Made by a program: the position numbers and the translations under genes
Notes under the pieces: generated by a model
Told to the model about the DNA's origin: nothing
The model's database searches: none
What the model saw: the letters and a program-made list of their open reading frames with translations, nothing else
Shown here: one piece after another, positions 63,150 to 64,000 of the stretch
Layout: each line of letters begins with the position of its first letter
Position numbering within the stretch: position 1 is the first letter of the stretch
NCBI GenBank assembly: GCA_030265395.1
Contig: JARFYF010000074.1
Coordinates: forward strand, 86,768,288 to 86,832,287
Direction of reading: 5' to 3'
DNA from: Rhina ancylostomus
Taxonomy: Eukaryota
Length of the DNA stretch: 64,000 bases

Positions 63150-64000
63150 GTATCCATCAATTCCAGCATGGTATTGAGCATGATATACAGGCATGGACTG
63201 AGGATTGGTTAACAGGAGATGGAGAGTAGGAACAAATGGGTTATTTTCTTGTTGGGAGGCTGTGATTAATGCTGGTGCTTCAGCTTTTTACATTCACATC
63301 AATGATTTGGATTTGATGGGATCAAGTGTGTGAAATCAAAATTTGTTGATACGAAACTAGGTGGTAACATGGACTGTGAGGAAGTTACTGAGGGGGTTCA
63401 AGGAGATATAGATAGGTCAGAAACACAGATGCTGGAAATCTGAAATAAGAACAGAAAATGTTGGAAACATGCACCAGGTCAGGCCTTATCAGTGGAAAGA
63501 GAAACAGATCTGCTGAGAGTTGGAATATTTTCTGTTTTTATTTCAGATAAAGAAGGTTAATTATACAGGAAAATACATGGCAGATGGAATGTAATGTGGA
63601 AAAATGTGAGATCATCACTTTGCAGAAAAAGAAATACAGAAAGGGAGAATATTTTTCAAACGGTGAGAGACTGAAAATTACTGGTGTCCAGAGGGACCTG
63701 GGGGAGTTGATGGGAGTATGGGGAGAGCAGATTACAGAGAAAGTAAGTGGCAAATGTGAGCCAGCATAGACTTGATGGGATGAAATGGCCTTCTATTATA
63801 TCTTAAGGATGCATGGAGGAAAAAAAAACTACTTGTACACAAATCACTGAAAGTTAACACTGAGGTAGAGTAAGCAGGCAGGAAAACAACTGGTAGATTG
63901 ACTTGTACTCAAATCCTCTTGCAATAAAGCCAGAGGTATGTTGCTCCAATTATATGTGGTCCTGATGAGACCAAATCTGGAGCACTGTGTCTAGGTCTGG
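63150..64000 (+). mobile_element. CR1 LINE RT fragments with nested small elements
   Basis: ..AWTEDWL, FTFHINDLD, KFVDTKLGG, WQMECNVEKCEII and LMRPNLEHCV motifs. Confidence 0.8.
63421..63548. mobile_element. Short palindromic Penelope-derived element nested in CR1
   Basis: Arms atctgaaataagaacagaaaat / attttctgtttttatttcagat; the hammerhead segment is absent. Confidence 0.7.

Noticed and set aside
60925-64000. CCDC80 coding exon 4 (expected QYYEVP..MK..FDLID-like peptide)
   Set aside because: I found no matching translation. The tgttgcAG near 62140 does not lead into CCDC80-like sequence, so the exon is presumably beyond the window.
1-64000. CRISPR arrays, operons or other prokaryotic systems
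   Set aside because: No regularly spaced direct repeats or dense coding regions; the sequence is vertebrate intron/intergenic DNA.

Overview
Eukaryotic genomic DNA from a draft assembly with about 16 N-gaps. The repeat complement (V-SINE/HE1-like, Deu-domain SINE, CR1, Rex1/Babar, Tx1/L1 and Penelope fragments) points to an elasmobranch (shark or ray); this assignment is an inference. Only one host gene is supported: CCDC80 (URB/DRO1/SSG1/equarin) on the + strand. Its first three coding exons are 48201-49958, 58486-58642 and 60791-60924, all with canonical, phase-compatible GT-AG junctions, and the remaining exons lie beyond the window. A gapped CpG-rich promoter region sits at about 46450-47515. 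The first ~46 kb appear gene-free and are filled with decayed retroelements. The most notable signal is a dense family of short Penelope-derived elements carrying minimal (dimer-type) hammerhead-ribozyme motifs. Many are palindromic, several have target-site duplications (TSDs), and their ends cluster at the ribozyme boundary. Other observations are a V-SINE with a Rex1-type tail, an R2-like RT fossil split by a SINE, reciprocal filled/empty insertion sites in a local duplication, and templated junk at one insertion junction. All family assignments are by eye from recalled motifs; no database search was run, and repeat boundaries are approximate.
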